A stretch of DNA of 64,000 bases from an uncultured Polaribacter sp. (GCA_965367085.1 CBDUHF010000004.1:40996-104995), one strand, 5' to 3'; shown: positions 28,551 to 39,611, counted from the first letter of the stretch. Notes: generated by a model from the letters alone, not told the origin. Program-made: numbers and translations.

Positions 28551-31500
28551 TTGAATAGATTTTTAAAAAATATTTTTTTACTTGGTATACTTACTTTTAT
28601 AGTAAACCTTTCTTCTTACGCACAAAACAACCCAGAGAAAGATACAATTGCCCTAAAAAAAGATACCGTAAAATTAAAGTATAACTTTAACAGGCTACAA
28701 AAAGGAGGATTATTTTTAGATGATTTAGCAGAAAAAACAATCATTTTTGATAAAGCTTTAGACAAATATGTAATTGTAGAAAAAATAGGAGATTATTCTA
28801 CAAGAACACCTATTTACATGACTCCTAAAGAATATGAACAATATCGTTTAAAACACGATATGATACAATATTTTAAAGATAAAGTAAGTGCTGCAAGTGG
28901 TAAAAAGAAAGGAGCAAAAGATGCTCAAAAAAACTTACTACCAACGTATTATGTAAACTCTAAATTTTTTGAAACTATTTTTGGTGGAAACACAGTTGAA
29001 GTTACTCCTACAGGAAATCTAAATTTAAAACTTGGTTTTATTTATCAAAATACAGACAACCCACAATTATCAGAAGAAAATAGAAGCAGTTTTACTTTTG
29101 ATTTTGACCAACAAATTAACGCAAGTATACAAGCAAAAGTTGGAAATAGATTAAAGTTTACTGCCAATTATGACACCCAATCTTCTTTCGATTTTCAGAA
29201 TTTAGTAAAAGTTGAATTTATTCCTCCTTCTCTTTCTGATGTAAAATATTCTGAAGATGGAATTATACAAGGAATTGAAGCTGGTAATATTTCTATGCCA
29301 ATTAAAAACTCATTAATAAACGGTGCTCAAAGTTTATTTGGTGTAAAAACAAAATTACAATTTGGAAACACCAATGTTACTGCCGTTTTTTCTCAGCAAA
29401 ACTCAGAAAGTAAAACTGTTGTTGCAGAAGCTGGTGCATCTATTCAGTCTTTTGAATTAAAAGCAACAGATTATGATAATGACAGGCACTTTTTCTTATC
29501 GCAATATTTTATAGACAATTACGCAAACTCTTTAAAAAGGTATCCTTTAATTAATAGTCCAGTAAATATTACGAGAATAGAAGTTTGGATTACCAACAGA
29601 AATGCAAGTACAGAAGATTACAGAAGTATTGTTGCTTTTGCAGATATTGGTGAATCAGAAAACAGTGTTCTTGTAAATCAAACTGGTGCTATACAACCAA
29701 CAAGCCCTCCTTCTGTTTCTGGAGGAAATTTACCTTCAAACGAATCTAATAATTTATCTACATTATTAACTTCAAATAGCGGAATTAGAGATATTTCTAC
29801 AGTTGATGCTACGTTGCTTCCTTTAATGATGCAACAAGGAACAGATTACTCTATTCTACAAAATGCTAGGAGATTAAGTACAAATGAATTTACATTAAAC
29901 CCACAATTAGGTTTTATTTCTTTAAACAGAAGACTAAATGATGGTGAAGTTTTAGCAGTTGCATATGAATATACTGTTGCAGGAAATGTAAATGGTAGCA
30001 CAAAAAAATCTTTTAAAGTTGGTGAATTTTCTAATGATGGAATACAAGCACCAGAAAATTTAGCTGTAAAATTATTACGTAGTGAAATTTTACAAACAAA
30101 AAGAACAGTTGCTGGTGTAGAAGAATCTTTTCCTACTTGGCGTTTAATGATGAAAAACGTCTATGCTTTAGGAGCTTATCCTTTATCTCAAGATGGTTTT
30201 AGATTTGAAATACAATATAGAGATGATGCTACAGGAATAGCTTCAAATGTATTACAGAATGCCAAAACTACAGGAATTGCGAATCAACCTTTAATACAAG
30301 TTTTAAAATTAGACCAATTAGATCAAAGTCAGTTTAGAAACCCAGATGGTTTTATAGATTATGTAGAAGGAATTACTGTAAATTCTGAAAACGGATATGT
30401 TATTTTTCCTGAACCAGAACCTTTTGGTAAAGATTTAATAAGAGATATTACTATTACAGATGATGAAGGATTAGACCCAACAACAACAGATGTTTCTAAT
30501 TATTTGTTTGAAGAATTATATTTAAATACAAAAATTAACGTAAAAAACAATTTTCAGAATAAAGATAAATACTTTTTAAAAGGATATTTTAAATCAGAAA
30601 GTTCTGGAGGAATTCCTATTGGAGCATTTAACGTACCAAGAGGTTCTGTTAGAGTTACTGCAGGAGGTAGACAATTAGTAGAAGGTGTAGATTATGTAGT
30701 AGATTATCAATTAGGTAGAGTACAAATTATAGATCCTGGTTTACAAGCTTCTGGAACTCCAATAAGTGTTTCTACAGAAAATAATGCTGTTTTTAATCAA
30801 CAAAGAAAAACCTTTATGGGTATTGATGTTGAACACAAATTCTCTGATGATTTTATCGTTGGTGCAACAATTTTAAATGTTAATGAAAGACCAATTACTC
30901 CAAAAGTAAATTTTGGAGCAGAACCAATAGACAACACCATGTTTGGTGTAAATATAAATTACTCTACAGAAGTGCCTTATTTTACTAAATTAGCAAATAA
31001 ATTACCTTTTGTAGATACAGATGCTCCTTCTAATTTATCTGTAAAAGCAGATATGGCTTATTTATTACCAGGAACACCAAGTGGAATTGATGTAGCAGGC
31101 GCAGCAACTTCTTATATAGATGATTTTGAAGCCTCTCAAATTCCTATTAGTTTATTATCTCCTTTAGATTGGTATGAAGCAAGTACACCAAAATATTTTC
31201 CAACATTTAATGGAGATCAGGACGATTTATCTTACAATTACAAAAGAGCAAAATTAGCTTGGTATAATGTAGATCAAATTTTTTACGGGGCAGGACAAAC
31301 ACCTGTAAGTGTTAATGCAGATGAATTATCTAGAGCAGAAACAAGACAAATTAATTACAGAGAATTATTTCCAAACGTACAATTAGATATTACTCAAAAT
31401 TCATTAATTAGAACGTTAGATTTAGCTTATTTTCCAGAAGAAAGAGGTTCTTATAACTTTAATCCTAGTGCTAAAGTTGAAGGAGAATTTGTAAAGCTTA

Positions 31501-34500
31501 ACAATCCTCAAGGCAATTGGGGAGGTATTATGCGCCCTTTAACAACAAATAACTTTGACCAAGCAAATGTAGAATACATTCAATTTTGGATTATGGATCC
31601 TTATGAAAATTATTCTTTAACAAGTGAGGAAGGTTTAACAGAAGAATCAAATCCAAGTGACCCAACTAATCAAGTAGGAGACTTATACATCAACCTTGGT
31701 AATATTTCTGAAGATATTTTAAAAGACAACCGTAAAATGTACGAAAACGGTTTGCCTGAAGATGGTTTAAAAGTAGATGGAAATAATGTAAATAGAACAA
31801 CTTGGGGAGATGTTCCTAGAAATCCATCAATCATCTATGCTTTTGATCAAGAAGATGCTTCAAGAACATTTCAAGATGTTGGTTTTGATGGATTAAATGA
31901 TGCTGATGAAAAAAAATTAGCAGGTATTGGTGTTTATGCTAATCTATCTGACCCGGCAGCAGATAACTTTGAATATTTTAGAGGAGCAGAATTAGATGCT
32001 ATAAATGCATCTATCATTAAAAGATATAAAAATTTCAATAATACAGAGGGCAACTCAGTAACATTAAATCAATCTACAGAATCTTATCCAACTTCTTCTA
32101 CAACATATCCAGATGTAGAAGATATTAATAAAGATCAAACAATGAGTACTGTAGAAAGTTACTACGAGTATAAAATTTCTTTGAATAAAGCCAATTTGGT
32201 AAAAGGAGAAAACTTTATTGTTGATGAAAAAACAACAACAGTTACTTTAGAAAATGGTAATTCTCAGCAAACAAAATGGTATCAATTTAGAGTTCCTGTT
32301 AGAAGCGGAACACCAATAAATGGAATTTCTGACTTTAATAGTATCCGTTTTGTAAGAATGTTTTTAACCAATTTTAAAATACCAGTTGTAATTAGATTTG
32401 GAGAACTAGATTTGGTTCGTGGAGACTGGAGACGTTATGTTAGAACTCTAGATAAAGATGTAGAACCTGCTATAGATTTAACACAAACAGAATTAAATGA
32501 TTTTGAAGTTGGTGTTGTAAGTATAGAACAAAATGAAGGTAGTTATATTCAACCTCCAGGAATTGAGAGAGAACGTTTGCAAGGAAGTACAACAGTTCAA
32601 TTACAAAATGAACAATCTGTAACGCTTAAAGTAAAAAACTTACAAGCAAATAAAACTAGAGCTATCTATAAAAACATAAGTGTAGATTTAAGAAGATTTA
32701 AAAACCTTAAAATGTTTATGCACTTACAATCTAATTCTGGTTCTAATATAGATGCAGAAGGTTTAAATGCTGTAATAAGACTAGGAACAGATTTAGATGA
32801 TAATTACTATCAAATAGAATTGCCTTTAACTGTTAGTCCTGCTGGAACTTCTCAATTAGATCTTTGGCCAGAAGCAAATAATTTAGATGCCTTTTTAGAA
32901 ACTTTTGGAAAAGTAAAACTAGAAAGAGACGCACTGGGTATAACGGTTGCTCCGCCAAATGAATTGTATACATCTACACAACAAGATCCAAACTCTACTT
33001 ATACAATTAGTGTAAAAGGGAATCCTACTTTAGCTCAATTAAAAACCATAATGTTGGGAGTAAAAAACACAACATCTTCACCAAAAAGCGGAGAAGTTTG
33101 GTTTAATGAATTACGTTCTTCTGGTTTCGATAATAAAGCTGGTTGGGCTGCAGTTGTAAATGCTGATGCAAATTTTGCAGATGTTGCCAATGTATCTTTA
33201 TCTGGTAGTATGCAAACTATAGGTTTTGGTAATGTAGAAGACAGAGTTGGGCAGCGTACTTTAGATGAAACTAAGCAATATGATGTTGCTACAAGTATTA
33301 ATTTAGGAAAAGTGTTTACTCCAAAAAAATGGGGAATTCAATTACCAATGAGTTATAGTGTTGGAGAAAAATTCATAGACCCTAAGTTCGATCCACAATA
33401 TCAAGATGTTAAATTAGCAGATGCTTTAGAACAAAATCCTAACAGTGAATTTTCAAGAGATTACACAAAAAGAACTAGTATTAGTTTTACAAATGTTAAA
33501 AAGAATAGAAACCCTAATTCTACTAAAAAACCAAAATTTTACGATGTAGAAAATGTATCTGTTTCTTATGCACACAATAAAGAGTTTCATAGAGATTATA
33601 ACATTAAAAAATATATAAACGAAAATGTAACTGCTTCTGCATCTTACAATTTTAACTTTCAATCTAAATCAATAGAACCTTTTAAAAATTCTAATAAATT
33701 TAAAAGTAAGTATTGGAAACTAATTAAGGATATTAATTTTAATCCAATTCCAAAAACATTAGCTTTAAATTCTAGAATTAATAGAAATTATAATGAACAA
33801 CAATCTAGAAATTTAGTTGCAGATTTATCTGATCAACCAGAATTAAAACAACGTAGATTTTTGTTCGATTGGGATTATACAATTGGTTTCGATTTAACAA
33901 AATCGCTTCAATTAAACTTTAACGCAACCAATAGTTATATCTATGATGCATTTGAAAGTGATGAAGAGTTAGAAGTTTTTGATGATTTCTTTAACACAGG
34001 AAGACCTAATCATTATCATCAAAAATTAAATGCAACGTATAATTTACCTATTGATAAAATTCCGTTTTTAAGTTTCATAAAAGCAGATTATGGATATACA
34101 GCAGATTTTGATTGGCAAACATCATCACAAGACCTAACAATTGTAAGTGAAATTGGTAATGTTATTCAAAATGCAAATACACATAATTTAAATACATCAA
34201 TTAATTTTGATAAGTTTTATAAAGGTCTTGGGTTTGAAAAGTTATTATTAACCAAAAGCCAACGTAAAAAAGATAAAAAGTTACAAGGAAATGGATTGCC
34301 TCCAACACCTAGAAGAATCAATAAAAAGAAAAAATTAAGCTTAGGAAAAAAGATTTTAAAAGGAACTTATGACGTAATTACATCAGTAAAAACAGGAAAA
34401 ATAAGTTACTCAGAAAATAACGGACAATTACTACCTGGTTATACAGAAGATATTGGGTTTTTAGGTGGCGCACCAACTTCATTTGCTTTTGGTAGCCAAG

Positions 34501-35693
34501 TAGATATTAGAAATAAAGCTTTAATAAATGGTTGGTTAATTAATCCTAGAGATCCTGAAAATAGCGAATACTATAATAAAACCTATAGTAAAACACATTA
34601 TAACAAATTAGATTATTCATTTACTTTAAAACCTTTTAAAGATTTTAACATTGAAGTAAGAGGAAATAAAATTCAAACTAGAGACTTATCTCAACAACTA
34701 GATGTTATTGAAAATGGTGATGAATTTGGAGAATTAGACACAAATATTAGTGCTTTTGAAACAGGAAACTTTAGTACAAGTCATTCTATGATTTCTACAT
34801 CTTTTACAGATGGAGATGCTTTATTTCAAAAAATGAGAGATTATAGGTCTATTCTTTCTAATAGGTTAGCTATAGAAAATGGAGTTCCTGCAGCCGGCTT
34901 TGGAGAAAACAGTCAACAAGTATTATTACCAGCATTTATGGCTGCTTATTCTGGTAAAGACCCAGATAAAGTAAGTACTGGTTTGTTTAGAGATATTCCA
35001 GTTCCAAACTGGTCTTTACGTTATAACGGACTAATGAAGTTTAAATTTTTCAAGAAGAACTTTAGCAATTTTGTAGTTTCTCATGGTTATAATTCTTCTT
35101 ATACTGTGTCGAGTTTTACAAATAACTTACAACACAATACATCAGCTCCATATGCAGAAACAAACATAACTTCTGGTAATTATGAACCAGAATTATTAGT
35201 ATCTGCAGTTACTTTGGTTGATGAGTTTTCGCCTTTAGTAAAAGTAGATATGAAAATGAAAAATTCATTTTCATTTAGAGGAGAAATTAAAAGAGATAGA
35301 ACTTTAACAATGAACTTTAACAATAGTACATTAACAGACATTAAAGGAACAGAATATATCTTTGGTTTAGGTTATGTATTTAAAGACGTTAAGTTTGATA
35401 CTCGTTTTACGGGAAAGAAACAAACCTTAAAAGGCGATGTTAATTTAAGAGCAGATGTATCTTTAAGAGATAATTTAACGCAAATTAGATCTGTAGATGA
35501 AGATAATAATCAAATAAGTGGTGGTCAAAAGCTATTTTCTATTAAATTTACAGCCGATTATAGATTGAATAGTAATTTAACAGCATCGTTTTATTACAAT
35601 CATCAAACATCTAAATATGCTATTTCTACCACTTTCCCAAGACAGGCAATTAATGGTGGATTTAACATTATTTATAATTTAGGAGGAAATTAA
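28551..35693 (+). CDS. sprA: SprA, type IX secretion system translocon / gliding motility protein
   Basis: 2380-aa protein with signal peptide (...VNLSSYAQ) and TTG start 4 nt after ruvA. The giant beta-rich protein, its size and its ruvA adjacency match flavobacterial SprA. Confidence 0.8.
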   Translation: MNRFLKNIFLLGILTFIVNLSSYAQNNPEKDTIALKKDTVKLKYNFNRLQKGGLFLDDLAEKTIIFDKALDKYVIVEKIGDYSTRTPIYMTPKEYEQYRLKHDMIQYFKDKVSAASGKKKGAKDAQKNLLPTYYVNSKFFETIFGGNTVEVTPTGNLNLKLGFIYQNTDNPQLSEENRSSFTFDFDQQINASIQAKVGNRLKFTANYDTQSSFDFQNLVKVEFIPPSLSDVKYSEDGIIQGIEAGNISMPIKNSLINGAQSLFGVKTKLQFGNTNVTAVFSQQNSESKTVVAEAGASIQSFELKATDYDNDRHFFLSQYFIDNYANSLKRYPLINSPVNITRIEVWITNRNASTEDYRSIVAFADIGESENSVLVNQTGAIQPTSPPSVSGGNLPSNESNNLSTLLTSNSGIRDISTVDATLLPLMMQQGTDYSILQNARRLSTNEFTLNPQLGFISLNRRLNDGEVLAVAYEYTVAGNVNGSTKKSFKVGEFSNDGIQAPENLAVKLLRSEILQTKRTVAGVEESFPTWRLMMKNVYALGAYPLSQDGFRFEIQYRDDATGIASNVLQNAKTTGIANQPLIQVLKLDQLDQSQFRNPDGFIDYVEGITVNSENGYVIFPEPEPFGKDLIRDITITDDEGLDPTTTDVSNYLFEELYLNTKINVKNNFQNKDKYFLKGYFKSESSGGIPIGAFNVPRGSVRVTAGGRQLVEGVDYVVDYQLGRVQIIDPGLQASGTPISVSTENNAVFNQQRKTFMGIDVEHKFSDDFIVGATILNVNERPITPKVNFGAEPIDNTMFGVNINYSTEVPYFTKLANKLPFVDTDAPSNLSVKADMAYLLPGTPSGIDVAGAATSYIDDFEASQIPISLLSPLDWYEASTPKYFPTFNGDQDDLSYNYKRAKLAWYNVDQIFYGAGQTPVSVNADELSRAETRQINYRELFPNVQLDITQNSLIRTLDLAYFPEERGSYNFNPSAKVEGEFVKLNNPQGNWGGIMRPLTTNNFDQANVEYIQFWIMDPYENYSLTSEEGLTEESNPSDPTNQVGDLYINLGNISEDILKDNRKMYENGLPEDGLKVDGNNVNRTTWGDVPRNPSIIYAFDQEDASRTFQDVGFDGLNDADEKKLAGIGVYANLSDPAADNFEYFRGAELDAINASIIKRYKNFNNTEGNSVTLNQSTESYPTSSTTYPDVEDINKDQTMSTVESYYEYKISLNKANLVKGENFIVDEKTTTVTLENGNSQQTKWYQFRVPVRSGTPINGISDFNSIRFVRMFLTNFKIPVVIRFGELDLVRGDWRRYVRTLDKDVEPAIDLTQTELNDFEVGVVSIEQNEGSYIQPPGIERERLQGSTTVQLQNEQSVTLKVKNLQANKTRAIYKNISVDLRRFKNLKMFMHLQSNSGSNIDAEGLNAVIRLGTDLDDNYYQIELPLTVSPAGTSQLDLWPEANNLDAFLETFGKVKLERDALGITVAPPNELYTSTQQDPNSTYTISVKGNPTLAQLKTIMLGVKNTTSSPKSGEVWFNELRSSGFDNKAGWAAVVNADANFADVANVSLSGSMQTIGFGNVEDRVGQRTLDETKQYDVATSINLGKVFTPKKWGIQLPMSYSVGEKFIDPKFDPQYQDVKLADALEQNPNSEFSRDYTKRTSISFTNVKKNRNPNSTKKPKFYDVENVSVSYAHNKEFHRDYNIKKYINENVTASASYNFNFQSKSIEPFKNSNKFKSKYWKLIKDINFNPIPKTLALNSRINRNYNEQQSRNLVADLSDQPELKQRRFLFDWDYTIGFDLTKSLQLNFNATNSYIYDAFESDEELEVFDDFFNTGRPNHYHQKLNATYNLPIDKIPFLSFIKADYGYTADFDWQTSSQDLTIVSEIGNVIQNANTHNLNTSINFDKFYKGLGFEKLLLTKSQRKKDKKLQGNGLPPTPRRINKKKKLSLGKKILKGTYDVITSVKTGKISYSENNGQLLPGYTEDIGFLGGAPTSFAFGSQVDIRNKALINGWLINPRDPENSEYYNKTYSKTHYNKLDYSFTLKPFKDFNIEVRGNKIQTRDLSQQLDVIENGDEFGELDTNISAFETGNFSTSHSMISTSFTDGDALFQKMRDYRSILSNRLAIENGVPAAGFGENSQQVLLPAFMAAYSGKDPDKVSTGLFRDIPVPNWSLRYNGLMKFKFFKKNFSNFVVSHGYNSSYTVSSFTNNLQHNTSAPYAETNITSGNYEPELLVSAVTLVDEFSPLVKVDMKMKNSFSFRGEIKRDRTLTMNFNNSTLTDIKGTEYIFGLGYVFKDVKFDTRFTGKKQTLKGDVNLRADVSLRDNLTQIRSVDEDNNQISGGQKLFSIKFTADYRLNSNLTASFYYNHQTSKYAISTTFPRQAINGGFNIIYNLGGN

Positions 35694-35723
35694 AATAATA
35701 ACACTATAAATTTTTATTAAGAA

Positions 35724-36104
35724 ATGAATATTCCATCAGAATTAAAATACACTAAAGATCACGAGTGGATTAAGATTGAAGATAACATTGCAACTGTAGG
35801 AATTACAGATTTTGCACAAGGAGAATTAGGAGACATTGTATATGTAGATGTAGACACATTAGATGATACCGTTGAAGAAGGTGAAGTTTTTGGATCTGTA
35901 GAAGCTGTAAAAACAGTATCAGATTTATTTATGCCTTTATCTGGTGAAATTATAGAATTTAATGAAGGTTTAGAAGATGAACCAGAATTAGTTAATTCTG
36001 ATCCTTATGAAAAAGGTTGGATGATTAAAATTGATATTTCCGACAGCTCACAAATAGAAGGTTTATTAGATGCAGAAGCGTATAAAGAGCTTATTACAGG
36101 ATAA
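35724..36104 (+). CDS. gcvH: Glycine cleavage system protein H
   Basis: 126 aa. [10 protein letters not shown]... and the lipoyl-lysine motif [10 protein letters not shown] are present. Confidence 0.92.
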   Translation: MNIPSELKYTKDHEWIKIEDNIATVGITDFAQGELGDIVYVDVDTLDDTVEEGEVFGSVEAVKTVSDLFMPLSGEIIEFNEGLEDEPELVNSDPYEKGWMIKIDISDSSQIEGLLDAEAYKELITG

Positions 36105-36111
36105 TTTATTT

Positions 36112-36453
36112 ATGATTTCAATAGGCATTACAATTTGTATTGCCTATTTAAGTTTAATGAAAATGCCAAAAGCAGAAGTGGGTTTTGGTAATATAGATAA
36201 GGTTTATCATCTATTTGCATATTTTACATTAACTATTTGTTGGTTATTTACTTTTTATAAGAAACCTAAGGTAAAGTATATTGTAGTAATTGCTTGTGTA
36301 TTTTTTGGCATAATTATTGAAGTACTTCAGTCTACAACAACAACTTATAGAACTGGAGACTACTTAGATGTGATTGCAAATTCTATTGGAGTAGTCTTAG
36401 CGTTAACGATTTACAACCTGATTTTAAAAAAAAATCAAGTAAATTCACATTAA
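36112..36453 (+). CDS. VanZ family membrane protein
   Basis: Small protein with 4 helices. The ORF-track start at 36070 overlaps gcvH by 35 nt, and the ATG at 36112 (MISIGITICIAYLSL) avoids the overlap. Confidence 0.55.
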   Translation: MISIGITICIAYLSLMKMPKAEVGFGNIDKVYHLFAYFTLTICWLFTFYKKPKVKYIVVIACVFFGIIIEVLQSTTTTYRTGDYLDVIANSIGVVLALTIYNLILKKNQVNSH

Positions 36454-36511
36454 CACTTGTATATAATATAATAATTTAACTAAATTAGCGAACTATTAAA
36501 AAATCCTTACA

Positions 36512-37231
36512 ATGGAAATAAAGAAGAATCCGAAATCAAATTTAGAAAATTACAGCAAAATTTTTATGCAAATTGGGCTTGTATTAGCACTTTTTATAAC
36601 TTATGCTGCAATAGAAAAGAAAACATACGATAGAAATATTGGTGACTTGGGATCTGTAACTATGAATGCTGACATGGAAGAGGAAACTGTAATTACAGAA
36701 AGAGTAGAGCCTGTAAAGCCAAAAACTCCACCACCACCAACTCCAGAAAAGATTGAAATTGTAGAAGATGAAAAGGAAGTTGAAGAAACTGTAATTGAAT
36801 CTACAGAAACAGATGAAACTGAAGCTGTTGAAGTAGAAGAAATTGTAGAGGTTGAAGAAGTTGAAGAAGTTGTAGAGGATGTAAGTTTCATGATTATTGA
36901 AGACGTTCCTGTATTTCCTGGTTGTAAAGGAAGCAAAGCAGCACTTAAAAAATGTTTCAGTAAAATGGTTCAAAAACATTTTTCTAGAAAGTTTGATGCA
37001 GATTTACCTAATGAGTTAGGATTAGCTCCAGGAAAGAAAAGAGTATTTATTGGTTTTAAAATTGATAAAAACGGTAACATTGTAGATGTTAATGCAAGAG
37101 CACCTCACCCAAAAATTAAAAAGGAAGTAATTAAGGTAATGAAATTGTTACCTAAAATGAAACCAGGTAAACAAAGAGGTAAGCCAGTAGGTGTAAAATA
37201 TAGTATTCCTTTTACGTTATTAGTAGAGTAA
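36512..37231 (+). CDS. TonB-like protein, paralog 1 (N-terminal anchor, acidic/Pro linker, TonB-C-like domain)
   Basis: It has the KKNPKSNLENYSKIFMQIGLVLALFI anchor, a PPPPTPEK plus EEVEE linker, and a C-terminal module VPVFPGCKG...KKCF...GKPVGVKYSIPF. Confidence 0.6.
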   Translation: MEIKKNPKSNLENYSKIFMQIGLVLALFITYAAIEKKTYDRNIGDLGSVTMNADMEEETVITERVEPVKPKTPPPPTPEKIEIVEDEKEVEETVIESTETDETEAVEVEEIVEVEEVEEVVEDVSFMIIEDVPVFPGCKGSKAALKKCFSKMVQKHFSRKFDADLPNELGLAPGKKRVFIGFKIDKNGNIVDVNARAPHPKIKKEVIKVMKLLPKMKPGKQRGKPVGVKYSIPFTLLVE

Positions 37232-37257
37232 TTTTTAAAGGAATTATAAGATAAAAG

Positions 37258-37289
37258 AACCCGTTTAGAAAAATTCTCAACGGGTTTTT
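37258..37289 (+). terminator. Rho-independent terminator
   Basis: Stem AACCCGTT / AACGGGTT followed by TTTTT. Confidence 0.7.
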
Positions 37290-37360
37290 ACATTGATATT
37301 TATTTATAAAAAAGAATTTCTTTATATTTACTACTTATAAATCAATTTAAAAAAATTATT

Positions 37361-37561
37361 ATGGCAGTAATGAAAGTTATTGAAGTGTTAGCAAATTCTG
37401 AAAAAAGTTGGGAAGATGCAACTAGAAAAGCAGTAAAACATGCTTCTAAATCTGTAAAAAATATTAAATCGGTATTTGTACAATCGCAAAGTGCAGTTGT
37501 TAAAGATAATGATGTAGCAGAATTTAGAGTAAATTTAAAAATTACTTTTGAAGTAAACTAA
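37361..37561 (+). CDS. Dodecin-family small flavin-binding protein
   Basis: 66 aa. MAVMKVIEVLANSEKSWEDATRKAV...FRVNLKITFEV matches the dodecin pattern as I recall it. Confidence 0.65.
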   Translation: MAVMKVIEVLANSEKSWEDATRKAVKHASKSVKNIKSVFVQSQSAVVKDNDVAEFRVNLKITFEVN

Positions 37562-37584
37562 AGCCATAAATACTAACTACTACC

Positions 37585-37621
37585 AAAAGCGATTTGATAA
37601 TTTTATTAAATCGCTTTTTTT
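37585..37621 (+). terminator. Rho-independent terminator
   Basis: Stem AAAAGCGATTT / AAATCGCTTTT followed by a T run. Confidence 0.7.
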
Positions 37622-37633
37622 AATCTAAAAAGA

Positions 37634-37990
37634 ATGAATTACTTTCAAATTGCCATTATTAGTTTTGTAGCTATTATTCATATTTACATCTTATATATAG
37701 AAATGTTTTTATGGACAAAACCAAAAGGAATTAAAACTTTTGGACTAAAAAGCAAAGAATTTGCAGAAGAAACTAAAGTTATGGGAGCTAACCAAGGTTT
37801 ATATAATGGTTTTTTAGCTGCGGGTTTAATTTGGTCTATAATAAGCAAACAAAATGATGTAGCAGTTTTCTTTTTAACCTGTGTGTTTGTTGCTGGAATA
37901 TACGGCGCATATTCAACCAACAAAAAGAAGATACTTTACATACAATCTATCCCCGCAATTATTGGACTAATATTAATGTTAATTAATTAA
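37634..37990 (+). CDS. Small membrane protein (DUF1304-like)
   Basis: 118 aa with four hydrophobic helices. The family assignment is from memory only. Confidence 0.45.
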   Translation: MNYFQIAIISFVAIIHIYILYIEMFLWTKPKGIKTFGLKSKEFAEETKVMGANQGLYNGFLAAGLIWSIISKQNDVAVFFLTCVFVAGIYGAYSTNKKKILYIQSIPAIIGLILMLIN

Positions 37991-38020
37991 ATAATCTTTC
38001 ACTTCTTTTTTAAAAACGAT

Positions 38021-38028
38021 TACTTTTG
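38021..38028 (+). promoter_or_regulatory. -7 promoter box (TACTTTTG)
   Basis: Perfect TAnnTTTG, about 20 nt upstream of ATG 38049. Confidence 0.4.
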
Positions 38029-38048
38029 CCAAAATAAATTTATTGAAA

Positions 38049-38849
38049 ATGGAAACATATTTAGAAAAATTAAAAGACTTACTTATTGAATTTACACCAA
38101 CCATTATAACTGCTTTAGCAATTTTAATTATTGGATTATTTATAATTAATTTAATTGTAAAAGCATCTAGAAAAGTAATGGAAAAAAGAGGTGTAGATGT
38201 AACACTTCAAAAATTTTTAGGAAACTTAGTTGGCTGGATTCTTAAAATATTATTAATCGTAACTGTTATTGCTAAATTAGGTATAGCAACTACATCTTTT
38301 GCTGCAATAATTGCTGCTGCTGGTTTAGCTGTAGGTTTAGCATTACAAGGTTCGCTTGCAAATTTTGCTGGTGGTGTATTAATAATGATTTTTAAACCTT
38401 TTAAAATTGGAGATTTAGTAGAAGCTCAAGGGGAAATTGGTGTGATAAAAGAAATTGAGATTTTTACAACAAAACTTACTGGATTATCAAACAAAGAAAT
38501 TATAATTCCTAATGGAACTTTATCTAACGGAAATATTATAAATTATTCTACAGAAGGAACTCGTAGAGTAGATTTAACTTTTGGAGTAGATTATGCTGCA
38601 GACATTAAACAAACAAAAGAAGTTTTAATGAGTGTAATAACTTCTCATCCTAAAGTATTAAAAGATCCTGCTCCTGCAGTTACTGTTTCTGAATTAGCAG
38701 ATAGTTCTGTAAACTTTGCAGTAAGACCTTGGTGTAAAACTGAAGATTATTGGACGGTATTTTTTGATGTAACAGAAAACACAAAAATTGCTTTAGATAA
38801 AGCAGGAATAGATATTCCTTATCCTCATCAAGTAAACGTTAAAAAGTAG
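38049..38849 (+). CDS. Small-conductance mechanosensitive channel (MscS family)
   Basis: It has three N-terminal helices and then the MscS beta-domain pattern (FKPFKIGDLVEAQGEIGVIKEIEIFTTKL). The ORF track begins at TTG 38043, and the ATG at 38049 is preferred. Confidence 0.85.
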   Translation: METYLEKLKDLLIEFTPTIITALAILIIGLFIINLIVKASRKVMEKRGVDVTLQKFLGNLVGWILKILLIVTVIAKLGIATTSFAAIIAAAGLAVGLALQGSLANFAGGVLIMIFKPFKIGDLVEAQGEIGVIKEIEIFTTKLTGLSNKEIIIPNGTLSNGNIINYSTEGTRRVDLTFGVDYAADIKQTKEVLMSVITSHPKVLKDPAPAVTVSELADSSVNFAVRPWCKTEDYWTVFFDVTENTKIALDKAGIDIPYPHQVNVKK

Positions 38850-39525
38850 GTTTCTTTTTCTTTTCAGGAATAACAACGAAATCTTTTAAATAAAAAGGCT
38901 CAAAATAAGCGACATCTTCGATGTCGTTTTTTTTGTATTTATCATAAGATAATTCTGCCATTTCTTTTGCTGATGGAAATTTATCATCAACAAAAACAGC
39001 ATTCTTGTGCGTAATAAGTTCTTTGCATTTCTGAGCTCCATCACCTAAAAAATATACTTTCTGATTTTCGAGATACTCTAAAAATGATGTTTCATCTATA
39101 ATTTCGGCTTTAATTTCTCTTATAGAATCATAATCAGCATTAAAAACTGCAGCATACACTTCCATTCTTCTAGCATCTAACATCGGAATAATAACTCCAT
39201 TATCAATAGAAACAGAATGTGCTAAAGATTTTAAAGTTTCAATAGAAATTAAAGGCTTGTCAAACGCAAAACAAAGCCCTTTTGCAGCCGAAACTCCAAT
39301 TCTTAACCCAGTATAAGACCCAGGTCCTTTACTAACTGCTACAGCATCTATTTCTTGCGAAGTACTATTAGCTTCTTCTAAAACATCTACAATAAAAGGG
39401 TGTAAAACCTCTGCATGAGAATAATTACCGTTGTTTAGTTCTTTTAATGCTAATATTTCTCCGTTTTTAGATACGGATACAGAGCAATTTTTGGTTGCTG
39501 TTTCAATGTTAAGAATTAGTGCCAA
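38839..39525 (-). CDS. tsaB: tRNA threonylcarbamoyladenosine biosynthesis protein TsaB
   Basis: 228 aa. LILNIETATKNCSVSV... and GPGSYTGLRIGVSAAKG are present. TTG start. Its 3' end overlaps the mscS-like 3' end by 11 nt (convergent genes). Confidence 0.85.
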   Translation of the reverse strand: MALILNIETATKNCSVSVSKNGEILALKELNNGNYSHAEVLHPFIVDVLEEANSTSQEIDAVAVSKGPGSYTGLRIGVSAAKGLCFAFDKPLISIETLKSLAHSVSIDNGVIIPMLDARRMEVYAAVFNADYDSIREIKAEIIDETSFLEYLENQKVYFLGDGAQKCKELITHKNAVFVDDKFPSAKEMAELSYDKYKKNDIEDVAYFEPFYLKDFVVIPEKKKKPTF

Positions 39526-39542
39526 TGTTTATAAATTTGATA

Positions 39543-39550
39543 CAAATATA
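39543..39550 (-). promoter_or_regulatory. -7 promoter box (TATATTTG on - strand) for tsaB
   Basis: CAAATATA on the + strand, 17 nt upstream of the start codon. Confidence 0.4.
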
Positions 39551-39558
39551 CAAGTTAG

Positions 39559-39589
39559 AAAAAAGAAAACCTCGCATAAATGCGAGGTT
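39559..39589 (-). terminator. Rho-independent terminator after tolC-like gene
   Basis: Stem AACCTCGCA / TGCGAGGTT with loop TAAA. A T-rich run follows on the - strand. Confidence 0.7.
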
Positions 39590-39611
39590 CTATAATATTT
39601 TTAAGTTCAAA

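Noticed and set aside
36584-36979. Two overlapping - strand ORFs (36584..36979 and 36601..36936) are antisense to TonB-like paralog 1. A similar one lies at 55637..55933. They have Ser/Thr-rich or Phe/Asn-rich low-complexity translations.
   Set aside because: They mirror the GAA/GTT-rich acidic linker (EEVEE) of the sense gene. They have no start context, no family resemblance and sit entirely inside a well-supported CDS, so they are artefacts of codon composition.
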